The notes beneath the pieces were generated by a model, which worked only from the letters and a program-made list of their open reading frames with translations, did not search any database and was not told where the DNA came from. Shown here piece after piece: positions 49,837 through 60,680 of a stretch of DNA of 64,000 nt. Positions within the stretch are counted from its first letter, which is position 1. Every line of letters starts with the position of its first letter. The DNA is from Mayamaea pseudoterrestris (taxonomy: Eukaryota): NCBI GenBank assembly GCA_027923505.1, contig BROI01000021.1, forward strand, positions 558,001-622,000, in the 5' to 3' direction. Position numbers and translations under genes: made by a program.

Positions 49837-50091
49837 AATTAAGTGCCATCAGGCACCCACCAACAATCCGGTCCTGGTCGCTCATTGTAAGCAAAGCACT
49901 GGTGGGCCAGCTATTCGCCAAGTGAGGTGCCAAGCTCCCACCAATTCTCCGAGTGGCGGTCGCCTGATCTTCATGCTAATCTGGTTTGCTACCGTAAGTT
50001 AGGTGCCAAGCTCCCGCCAACTGTCCATGTTATTAATGCCAGTCACCGGTATATAGGTTGGTACTGTAAGGTATAGCGGCATAAGTTCCCC
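49837..50091. repeat. Degenerate tandem array (about 72-83 nt period) with a conserved ~25-nt core, in the rhomboid/cathepsin divergent promoter
   Basis: AAGTGAGGTGCCAAGCTCCCACCAA (49920-49944) and AAGTTAGGTGCCAAGCTCCCGCCAA (49996-50020) match at 23/25. Weaker copies lie at 49837-49863 and about 50061-50091. Confidence 0.75.
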
Positions 50092-50293
50092 ATGTTTATC
50101 GCGTCCGTGGCGACCATGTCTGACCGGCAATACAATAATGCGACATGACGAGAAACGTCGCGTGCGCTTCCGCATTCGGGCGCGCCAGAATTCTGCTGCC
50201 CCTCTGTCAGTTCCATCACCGCACTTTTGAAGCGTCAACTATTCCGACAATCTAATCTGCTTTTGCATATCTGTGTTTATCACGATCATAATC

Positions 50294-51793
<1,500 letters not shown>

Positions 51794-52092
51794 GGGGAGT
51801 TGCCTCTGGCATGCAATACATAATTATAACAGTTGCTTTACAGTTTTTAAGGTAGTATAGGTCAGCAGCAGTGTCTATTGTACTTTGTCATCTCTTGCTG
51901 TTGGATATTAACCGGGTAGAGACTACTGGGTGACCCCGACTCGTTGAGACATTGGATGGCCACTATAGACTCGTTGTCAGAGCGTACGGAGGCCTTGATA
52001 CACTAAACTCGTCGGGTTGCTATTTACGGACGGTGCAGAATTCACGGTCAATGACCAATTCGCTTGGCACCAGGAACTCCTGATCAATTCCA

Positions 52093-53355
52093 CTATCTCA
52101 CTGCCTGCATGGTTCGTTCATAGACGTAAACACCTCGTATACTCCAATACGCCTCCTCCAAATCTTTTGGATTCGATCTGATGTATTCGTTGCAAGCTGC
52201 TATAGGGTCGTTTTCGTCGTCGGTCGAAAGTGCTGGACAGTCCATGAGAAATCTGTTCCCAGCCACGTTTCCGCAAAATGCCAAATTAAAAATGACACGG
52301 TGATTTAGAAAGTGATCGGCGGAGCAGCCAGTATCTTTTCCAATCGCAAAATATGCGTACGGAGTGTTCCAAGTCGTTGGATCCGGCTCGACTCGTTCCG
52401 GTTCATTTATAACGCTCGTCGTCATGGCATCCTTCAAATTCGCAGGTATTTCGTCCTGCGCCCAGACCCAAGACTTGATGTAGCGGTACGCTGGATCCCA
52501 TTCCAACGCATATACACCACCACCATTCCTATTGAAACCCTCTCCAATTGTATCATTGCGTGACTCGGCCACGACACATCCTTGGTTGCCCCACTGGTGC
52601 GCCGCCATGCTCCAGCAATTGTCGGCGGGAACGCTCGTATTATCGTCCAAGACTCCTGTCCACGTGTCTGGAATTCCACTCGCACGATCCCACACTCCAG
52701 TATGAGTCCAGGTTGGTACATGGGCGTACATGCTGCAAGATTCGGATGTATGAAGGGCCGTCTTGGCCGTGGACAGTGTATTGACTCCTTCGACAATGTC
52801 AATCTCGCCATGAATAGGCCACTGACCGTTGTCATCATCCGATAGCCAAAAAGCTGGCCATACTCCGCAACCTGCTGGTATGTGGGTAACATCAAGAATA
52901 AACAGTCCTCGTTTGAAGCGTCGCTTGCCTTCAAGTCGAAGGGATTCTCTGGGTCCTTCGGCGGTGGGTGCGGATTTCATTATAACTTCATCAGTCGTTT
53001 TATTTACTTGCACCAATTCCAATTCCTGGGCGCGCCGTTGAGCGACGTAATGGTTGTATCCAGCAGAGCCCAGTGTGTCGGCGCCCTCGTAGAAGTTGTA
53101 GTGGGAGAGAAAATGATCGCCGACTTGTCGCTCAATGAGCATGTACGGTCCAGTCGGTGCTTGCTTTAAGAAGCCATTCCAGAATAATCTGTCACGGCCA
53201 TATATAGCAGTTAGTGTTACCACTGTGAATAGAAGTGCGACGACAATGACAACTGGCCGACGTTGCGCGACAAAGTGGGAAGAATCGTCGCCATCGCCGT
53301 CGCCACCGAACGAAAATCCATTCATAAGCGGAGTATCTTCTCGAGGCGGCATCAT
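52093..53355 (-). CDS. GH16 endo-beta-1,3(4)-glucanase (fungal Lam16A-like), type II membrane-anchored
   Basis: Motifs HIPAGCGVWPAFW, catalytic GEIDIVEG, GGGVYALEW and IFNLAFCG..AG. Single N-terminal TM helix. Confidence 0.92.
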   Translation of the reverse strand: MMPPREDTPLMNGFSFGGDGDGDDSSHFVAQRRPVVIVVALLFTVVTLTAIYGRDRLFWNGFLKQAPTGPYMLIERQVGDHFLSHYNFYEGADTLGSAGYNHYVAQRRAQELELVQVNKTTDEVIMKSAPTAEGPRESLRLEGKRRFKRGLFILDVTHIPAGCGVWPAFWLSDDDNGQWPIHGEIDIVEGVNTLSTAKTALHTSESCSMYAHVPTWTHTGVWDRASGIPDTWTGVLDDNTSVPADNCWSMAAHQWGNQGCVVAESRNDTIGEGFNRNGGGVYALEWDPAYRYIKSWVWAQDEIPANLKDAMTTSVINEPERVEPDPTTWNTPYAYFAIGKDTGCSADHFLNHRVIFNLAFCGNVAGNRFLMDCPALSTDDENDPIAACNEYIRSNPKDLEEAYWSIRGVYVYERTMQAVR

Positions 53356-53552
53356 TTAGAAGCCGTTGATGGTCCAGATGAGCGATTTGTAGGACCCAAA
53401 CGTCGACGACGAAGAAACGGTAATGAGGAAACGGATGATGGATGAGATGAAAACGTACGTGTCGAATCAGTAACGGTGCGATTAGGCGTGACTGCCGGTC
53501 ACACTGTCAAGACCAACCATTCCTTCAACTCGGCAACGCAGCGGCTTTCACC

Positions 53553-55337
53553 ATGGCGAGCCTCTACGGACAACGCAAGCGAAAGCGCAAGGTCGAATGT
53601 GATGTTAACATCGAGGACGAGAAACCGCCATCTTGCGAGGAAACGTTTACATTGAGTGAAATCGAAAATGCCAAGGAGAAGGAAAAGGAACAAGACGACA
53701 CGTCTCGCCAACCATCATTAGCAGGTTTAACAGAAGACATTTCGCTTCCATCCTGGGCTACTCTTGAAGATTTGGGTTTATCGTCGCCTCTGGTTGCAAT
53801 CTGTCGGCAGCTAGGATTCAAGCGACCGACTCCGGTGCAGCGAGCCATCATACCCTTTTTGCTGCAAAACGATTCGGCGCATGTACTGGCGCTAGCTGCA
53901 ACTGGCACCGGCAAAACAGCCAGTTTTGTCCTGCCCATTATTCATCGCTTGGTGACAGATCCCTACGGAATTTATGCCGTAGTGCTCACTCCAACCCGAG
54001 AACTTGCGAAACAGATCCACCAGCAAGTCATTGCGTTGGGGAGTGCCTACAACATCAAGTCTGCGTTGGTCGTTGGTGGACTCGACTCTGTCCGGCAATC
54101 CACTGAACTCGACCAGCGGCCACACTTTTGTGTCGCTACGGTTGGACGTCTGGCGCAGCTACTCAGAGGTCCGCAGCCGCCCAAACTGAGGAACGTTCGA
54201 TACATGGTACTGGACGAGGCGGACCGACTCCTTGCAACAAACAGTGGATTTGAACGAGATGTAGCCGAGCTATTGCTGCATTGTACGACGGAGCCTGTTC
54301 CTAACAATGCAACGGATGGATCAATTGTGGCGTCTGCACGAAAGAGGCGAACGAGTCAATGCCAGACGCTGTTGTTTTCGGCAACCATGACGAAAAGTTT
54401 GCAAGCGGTTGAAGAAATGGCTGGAGCTGGTCTTGGTCGATTGCCGCTACGTAAATTTGTCATTCCATTACATCATGATGTTGATGATTCGAGGAATATG
54501 AAATTATGTGTATCGACAATCACGCAAGGTGCAGAGCAGCCAGGGAACTCCGACGCTTCTTCGGACCCGACGCCAAAGATACCATCGGGTTTAAAGCAAG
54601 AGTACGTCTTCATGCCGTCGCGCGTACGCGATGCGTACCTACTCGTCGTTATCCGTACATTCATGGCTAATGCAGGAAGGCGGTTGAAACAGGAGTTCCC
54701 TCGACGCCATAAGGTTAACGATGTTAATGATGACGACGACAGTGAGGGAGGAAAAGCACGATCGGCCATTGTTTTCGTGTCAACTTGTGAGCGGGCTGGG
54801 TTCGTCTCTGGTCTTTTGAGCAATCTTGGAATTGATAATGTCGCACTTCATTCATTGCTTTCTCAAAATCGGCGAATGGCTGCTCTCGGGAAATTCAAGT
54901 CTCAAAGAGCGCGAGTTCTAGTCGCCACAGATGTTGCTTCTCGAGGTTTGGATATTCCAGCTGTAGATTTGGTCATCAACTCAGAGCTTCCTCGCTCTCC
55001 AGTTGCCTACGTGCATCGCGTGGGCCGCACTGCTCGGGCGGGACGCAGAGGAAGAGCTATAAGTCTAGTCGCCGAGTCCGACATTGGCTTGGTTCACGCT
55101 GCTGAGCGGATCTCTGGTCGAGCATTGGAAAAGTGTGCAGAAGTGACCGACGAGGCTGCGGTGAAGGTTCTCGGACCGGTCACTAAAGCAGCTCGACTGA
55201 CGCGAATTAAGTTGGACGAAGTCGGGTTCGATGAACTAGTGCATAAGTTTAAAGAGCGCAAAGCTAGAGACAAGAAGGAAAAAGAGCGTATAGAACGATG
55301 TCTTAAAAGAATGGAAAAGGCAAGTCTCGGTGACTGA
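53553..55337 (+). CDS. DDX49: DEAD-box RNA helicase DDX49/DBP8-like
   Basis: Q motif PTPVQ, AATGTGKT, DPYGIYAVVLTPTRELA, LDEAD, FSAT, VALHSLLSQNRR, ATDVASRGLDIP and YVHRVGRTARAG. Confidence 0.88.
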   Translation: MASLYGQRKRKRKVECDVNIEDEKPPSCEETFTLSEIENAKEKEKEQDDTSRQPSLAGLTEDISLPSWATLEDLGLSSPLVAICRQLGFKRPTPVQRAIIPFLLQNDSAHVLALAATGTGKTASFVLPIIHRLVTDPYGIYAVVLTPTRELAKQIHQQVIALGSAYNIKSALVVGGLDSVRQSTELDQRPHFCVATVGRLAQLLRGPQPPKLRNVRYMVLDEADRLLATNSGFERDVAELLLHCTTEPVPNNATDGSIVASARKRRTSQCQTLLFSATMTKSLQAVEEMAGAGLGRLPLRKFVIPLHHDVDDSRNMKLCVSTITQGAEQPGNSDASSDPTPKIPSGLKQEYVFMPSRVRDAYLLVVIRTFMANAGRRLKQEFPRRHKVNDVNDDDDSEGGKARSAIVFVSTCERAGFVSGLLSNLGIDNVALHSLLSQNRRMAALGKFKSQRARVLVATDVASRGLDIPAVDLVINSELPRSPVAYVHRVGRTARAGRRGRAISLVAESDIGLVHAAERISGRALEKCAEVTDEAAVKVLGPVTKAARLTRIKLDEVGFDELVHKFKERKARDKKEKERIERCLKRMEKASLGD

Positions 55338-55401
55338 CGTTCAGATGATGAAATAGAAGAAAGAATTTTCTATCTAGCGGCATTGATAAATGTCTTCAGC
55401 T

Positions 55402-57528
55402 TTATGTAGTATGTGTGCGACGTGAAACCAACGGAGTGATCTTGATGTCCAATACTCCCATACGACAATAAAGTGGGTTATTCTGTGCCGATGATTCCTG
55501 GATTGGCAAATGTGCGGGTTCTCTCGAATTAGCGCAACGAATAAAGGGTGAACCATCATTATCGTCCTCGAATTGGATCCTTCGAGAGGTAGCAACTTCC
55601 TTTGCCGAGATCTCGAGCTGTGAGCCATCAATCTTGCCCGGCGGCTCGTTCGGAATGCTAGACGCCTCCTTTTTCATAGCGCAAAAGCTTCCAATAGGCC
55701 AGCCCATCAAGCGGGCTACGTCATCACTAATCTGGATCGTAGAAGTGTGTCGGCGGAGTCTTTTACGGTGAAGTCTAGCTAGCGCATGTGGGTCGGGGCG
55801 AACAGACTGAAAGAATCCCTGTCGCTTTTTTGATGTCCTCGTTAAAGCTTTCTTAGGTGCGTCGGATTTTTCATCGCCATCCTCTTGCCCGCCAAAGATA
55901 CTTTGTAAAAACTTTTGGCGTCGACGTTGCTCCGCGTCGCCTTGTTTTGTCCGCTCCTTTTTATCTTCGGTGTAATTGGAAAAGAGCCGGGGGAGAACGT
56001 CACGAAAACGCGCATCGAACAATGCTCGCTGCTCAATAGATAAATATTCAAAGCCATCAATGTCTACGCCTTCAGCGTCTGTTACTGTGGATGAAACTTT
56101 CCAAGCAACTTCATAGCATGGCACCTGATTGCGCACAATCATTTTGTGGATTCTTTGCGGGACGGGTAGTTCTCGTGCTCTTCGATACCCGTTTGAAGAC
56201 AGCGGCACCGATACGAGAAAGAGCTCACGTCGGGAAAGAAGTCGCGCAACATTGTCAATGACAAAATTCCGACTGGCTTCAAGCGCACGTCCCTTGATAA
56301 TAATTCGCCACGAAGCAAGATCGCGGAGTCGAGGGGGCGACATTTCTAAAGTTTCCGAAGTCACTTTCATCAATGACAAAGGAAGTTGATTGTCATTCGG
56401 TCGCAAGTAGTTATGGATCGCTCGCGTCGGGTCAAATGGTGGGTCCAGTTCGAGTGCCTTCCTTCGAAGTAAGTCTCGGAATTTGTCATCAGCTGAGAGT
56501 TCAAGGCAAGGCTCCCCTGCACTTGTACCACATTCCTCACACCCGTGTTTATTATGATTGAGCCTTGTTCCATTGTGACTGCAACGGGAGCAACAGCGCT
56601 CTTCGGTCTTATTGGCTTTGCTTTGCTTATATTTACCTCCACAAACTGCCACCCGAGACCAGGACAACAATTCATTCATGGCAGCTGTCTCTGCTGAAAG
56701 CGGAAAATCGAGCTGACATTTCCGAAGAAATCGCAATGCCTTGACCGACCCGACATTGTCCATACCGCATCCAACCATATCGCTTCCGGTTAAAATTGCA
56801 AAAGTAATCAAATCATTTCGACTGAGTGGTAGCGTTAATTTGTTGCTAACCGCATCATTTCCGTTGTCGGTACTGTCAATGCTCGCGTGTAGATCTTTTG
56901 AGTCGTAGCGCATAACCTTGCCATTCTCTAGATTCTCGAGCGAGAAATTTGTATACACTGTTGTCGCTCCAAATAGCAGGCAGTCACCATCATTTGATAT
57001 CACTCCATCGACAATTCCCCTCATGTTCAGCAATGCACAAAGTGCTTCGCCTTCAGCCTTGGCTCGGACAACTGGAACTCCTAAAAGCTCCAGAAGTTGT
57101 TGACACTCACTGCATGCCTTCCAGAAGGCAGTTCCACGCCGTCGCTTATGAAACTTATCATCTTCGCCGTGATCCCCGCGTATTCGTCGCTTTCCTTCGA
57201 TGACACAGACGAGCTTGGTTCCTAGGGACAACAACTTTATCGTCCGAGAGAAAACAAGGTGCAGATGTGGATTGCTATGATTTTCCTTGATTGCATGAGA
57301 TGTCAGTGCTTCACATATCCAAATGGACAAATCTATGGCTAAAGCCATCCGTCGCTTGTTGGGAGTGTCGGAGGCTTTGATCTGTCCGACATAGCGCGAG
57401 GCCAAAGAACGCGGCGGCTGGAGTCGTTGTCCGTTGTCAAATGGAATCCACTGCGCGATTTCGTTTGCCCCAACGGCTTTTCCGCATCTTGCCTTGTCCA
57501 AAACTTTCCAAAGAGATGCGACAGTCAT
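55402..57528 (-). CDS. GEN1: XPG/Rad2-family nuclease, GEN1/Yen1-like Holliday junction resolvase
   Basis: MTVASLWKVL start, LAIDLSIWICE, GEGEALCALLN..GIVDGVISNDGDCLLFGA, H2TH LTGSD..G...VG, a Cys/His insert and a chromodomain-like VRNQVPCYEVAW. Confidence 0.85.
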   Translation of the reverse strand: MTVASLWKVLDKARCGKAVGANEIAQWIPFDNGQRLQPPRSLASRYVGQIKASDTPNKRRMALAIDLSIWICEALTSHAIKENHSNPHLHLVFSRTIKLLSLGTKLVCVIEGKRRIRGDHGEDDKFHKRRRGTAFWKACSECQQLLELLGVPVVRAKAEGEALCALLNMRGIVDGVISNDGDCLLFGATTVYTNFSLENLENGKVMRYDSKDLHASIDSTDNGNDAVSNKLTLPLSRNDLITFAILTGSDMVGCGMDNVGSVKALRFLRKCQLDFPLSAETAAMNELLSWSRVAVCGGKYKQSKANKTEERCCSRCSHNGTRLNHNKHGCEECGTSAGEPCLELSADDKFRDLLRRKALELDPPFDPTRAIHNYLRPNDNQLPLSLMKVTSETLEMSPPRLRDLASWRIIIKGRALEASRNFVIDNVARLLSRRELFLVSVPLSSNGYRRARELPVPQRIHKMIVRNQVPCYEVAWKVSSTVTDAEGVDIDGFEYLSIEQRALFDARFRDVLPRLFSNYTEDKKERTKQGDAEQRRRQKFLQSIFGGQEDGDEKSDAPKKALTRTSKKRQGFFQSVRPDPHALARLHRKRLRRHTSTIQISDDVARLMGWPIGSFCAMKKEASSIPNEPPGKIDGSQLEISAKEVATSRRIQFEDDNDGSPFIRCANSREPAHLPIQESSAQNNPLYCRMGVLDIKITPLVSRRTHTT

Positions 57529-57941
57529 GTTAATAACGGGAGAGGCTGACAAAGACAAGAAAGATCCAATCAGTACGTTGATTATGGTCACATTCGCGCG
57601 AGATGTCGGGGTCGTTTTCTCATGGCCGACTCGCTCGCCAGGCGCGCGCCCAGCCTGAGTAGCTATCCCCTACGAGCCAAAGCTGCTAATCAGAAGAAAA
57701 ATGGTGCATTGATATGAAATAAATATTGGACCACACCGATCGTAAATTTATTTGCATGATGCGTATATTGAGCGGTACGTCAGCCAGACATAAAACAACG
57801 GTGCACTATCGGCACTGATTACTTAAGAGATAAAGATGCGGTAAATTGTCGACTTCTGCAACGTAACATGCCTAACATGACACGCGATACAGCCAAGGGA
57901 CATGAACGTACAAGCTTGTTCGCATAATGTATTATAGCCAT

Positions 57942-59696
57942 TTAGAATTCCTCGTCATCATAGTATTCCTCGTCGTCGTATTCATATTCATCGGCAAGGG
58001 CAGCAGCATTTTCTTCCGCCGCAGCATCCTTTTCCACTGGTGATAGAGCAGCAGGTTTCATCGATTCTCCATCCACAAGTCTAGCGACGTCGCTCTCGTC
58101 ATTATCGACTTCCTTATCAACCACTACGCTCTCTCCTCCCCCCAAAGATGCTTCAGTCTCTGCAGTACGTTCTTCTAAATTTAATCCTTTTTCCAATACA
58201 TCTCTTGAGACCGTGGTGCCCATCCGCGAAGGTAGGAACAAGCCAAATGCATCCAACTTTGGTGACGTCTTCTTCACCATGGAGCGCGTCTGGGGAAGAA
58301 GATCATCCTTGTAGAATGCGCACCATTTCTTAAGCAGAACTGGATCCGCTCCCTTGATATCGTCTTCTTTGAGCGCGCGGTTCAGCGCTACGGCAGTGGC
58401 GCTTGTCAGGGCAATTAGATCCGACGCGACCCGCTCAACGGCAAGGGCAGTATTTTCGCACTCTTCGCCGTCCTTTAGCTGACAAGCAACGCCCGCCTTG
58501 AGCAAAATCTCTGCTGCACCCAAATGCTCTTGTCTCAAGTTGGTGGATGTGATTGGCTTGGGTGGTTTTTTCTTGTCCACCTTGGGCAGCGTTCCTATTT
58601 CATCGAACATGCCACCAAAGCACTGCGCTCGCATGATAACATAGTGTGCATACCGCGACAAGAACGCGCGAAATTTGATATTCTCTGCATTTGTGTCACC
58701 AGCAAGTAGCTGCTTGGAATTGAAATATTTGTCTTTGCGCTTTAAGTCGCGCATCCGCCTCAATTCGCGAAGCCGCGCCTTCAAGGCTGGTGCATGATCA
58801 GGTGCACCATCACTGGAAAATCTATGAAGGATATATAACGCCTTGAGTGTGGTTCGCCAATCCTTCTCCGCCATTTTTGCCCAAAGCTTTCGCAAGACGG
58901 CATCGTAAATATCGTAGCGCGAGCTTATCTGGTACGTGACGCCCACCAGCCGCTCCACATGTTTTCCCTTTACGGGCGTGTCGTCTGGACGAGTTGACTT
59001 TAGCATGACTTGTTCAAGTTCTGAGCTAGTAAGTCCTTTTATGTCTCTGTAAAGATTGGAGGATAGACTCGAGGTTGACTCCTTGGCCGTTTTGATGGAA
59101 TTGATTGCAGCCGCCTTGAGCTTTTCTGGATCTGGTAGCGAGTTACGGAGTGCAGCAATCCCTCTCGTGAAAGCTGCAGGCTGTGGAGGGCCTCTTCCGT
59201 ACGGAACGACTGCACCCGGCGGACGGCGACCGGCTTTGCCAGGAGGAACCCTACGCGCCGGAGGACCGTTTCTCGATGGTGGCTGACGATAATCCGTTTC
59301 GTAGTCGTCATACTCTTCCTCCTCGACAAACCGAGACTTTGGAGCACGTCTTTTCGATACTACAGTGTTTCGCGCTGTCCGAGATGATGGTTGCGTAGGC
59401 CGGCGGCGGCTTTTCGTGTCGACGTAATCAAGTGTATCATCGTCATCCATGATTAACTCTTCCTCGTCCTCGTCATCAGCTACTAAACTGAGACCTTCGT
59501 CCAAAAACTCCTCATTGTCCTCCTCCTCTTGCATTATTTCTCTTGATCGCCTTGAAAGTGGTCCTCTTTTAGCAGTTGCAGCTGATCCCGATGATCGACC
59601 CACTGACGTTGTTGCTCGGGTCGGGCGCCTGGGCGCCTTTGCATCAACTGTCACTACGAGCAGAACCATCAGAAACGCCGCTATAATGGACTTCAT
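57942..59696 (-). CDS. ANTH (AP180/PICALM-type) domain protein with an N-terminal signal peptide
   Basis: MLKSTRPDDTPVKGKHVERL...KDWRTTLKALYILHR and FLSRYAHYV match the ANTH pattern. N-terminus MKSIIAAFLMVLLVVTVDA-K. Confidence 0.78.
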   Translation of the reverse strand: MKSIIAAFLMVLLVVTVDAKAPRRPTRATTSVGRSSGSAATAKRGPLSRRSREIMQEEEDNEEFLDEGLSLVADDEDEEELIMDDDDTLDYVDTKSRRRPTQPSSRTARNTVVSKRRAPKSRFVEEEEYDDYETDYRQPPSRNGPPARRVPPGKAGRRPPGAVVPYGRGPPQPAAFTRGIAALRNSLPDPEKLKAAAINSIKTAKESTSSLSSNLYRDIKGLTSSELEQVMLKSTRPDDTPVKGKHVERLVGVTYQISSRYDIYDAVLRKLWAKMAEKDWRTTLKALYILHRFSSDGAPDHAPALKARLRELRRMRDLKRKDKYFNSKQLLAGDTNAENIKFRAFLSRYAHYVIMRAQCFGGMFDEIGTLPKVDKKKPPKPITSTNLRQEHLGAAEILLKAGVACQLKDGEECENTALAVERVASDLIALTSATAVALNRALKEDDIKGADPVLLKKWCAFYKDDLLPQTRSMVKKTSPKLDAFGLFLPSRMGTTVSRDVLEKGLNLEERTAETEASLGGGESVVVDKEVDNDESDVARLVDGESMKPAALSPVEKDAAAEENAAALADEYEYDDEEYYDDEEF

Positions 59697-59928
59697 TCTC
59701 AGACAAGTGATGTTTGTAGTGTCGCGTTTACTGATGCTCCAGGAAAGGACTGATTCGAGAGGCAGGTCAACCTACCGTCGACGAGGAAGGAACGAATGAT
59801 TGCTGCTCGATGGAGCGATGCGGTTTTTGCCGCGTGGACGGACACCAACCATTCCCGTCAAGTCACTGAGTCACGATTCACCATTCATCGCGATCTTGCG
59901 CCTCGCTCATTCTTTTCTACTTTCTACC

Positions 59929-60642
59929 ATGGCTGACGACGCGAGCGATAACTCCCGGAAACGACCAAATCTCCTCATTACAGGAACGCCAGGTGTTGGA
60001 AAGACAACTTTGGCGTCGGAAATCGCGGTGAGTGACTTTGAATTGGTTGGTTGATCGGCACTTGAAGCTGCTGCTTCTCGCTTGCGTCGTCGTCACCTGA
60101 CATGATGTCTCAGCAAACGTCGTCTCCTTGCCATTTGCAACAACTTTGATTATAAGGAACGGCTGCATATGAAGCATATCAACGTCGGCGCGCTCATCGA
60201 GGAGAATAAGTGCTATAGTGGCAAAGACGAGGAGCTTGATACCAAGATTCTCGACGAAGACAAACTACTGGATATAATGGAACCGCTCATTCAACAAGCA
60301 GCAGATGAAGAGATTGGACTTGTGGCTGATTTTCATGTCTGCGAAATGTTTCCGGAGCGATGGTTCGACCTTGTCTTGGTGCTACGAGCCACTACCGAAG
60401 TCTTGTTTGATCGATTGACTGCGCGTGGATACAAGGATCGAAAGCGAAACGAAAATATGGAGTCAGAAATTATGCAAGTTGTTTTGGAAGACGCGAAGGA
60501 AGCTTACGATCCAATCATTGTACACGAAATACCGTCCAATACGCTAGATGATATGGAGAGTGCCATTCGTCGTGTGCAAGAGTGGTCGACGCAGTGGCTC
60601 AACGATCACGGACAGGAAATTACAAGTCTTACGGCAACCTAA
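59929..60642 (+). CDS. AK6: Adenylate kinase 6 / Fap7 / hCINAP. Intron 60028-60156
   Basis: Motifs PNLLITGTPGVGKTT, LDEDKLLD, ADFH.CEMFPERWFDLVLVLR and ENMESEIMQVVLEDA. Confidence 0.95.
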
Positions 60643-60680
60643 ACCACACGCGTTATTTAACTAAACTGACAGCATCTGTC

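Noticed and set aside
49837..50091. CRISPR array interpretation of the repeat-spacer pattern
   Set aside because: Eukaryotic intron-containing context, no cas genes, only two well-matched repeats, and intervals that are partly homologous to each other. Kept as a degenerate tandem array.
51830..52090. ncRNA in the cathepsin/GH16 convergent spacer (three ACTCGT copies, partial stems)
   Set aside because: No recognisable RNA family motifs and weak pairing; most likely ordinary 3' UTR.
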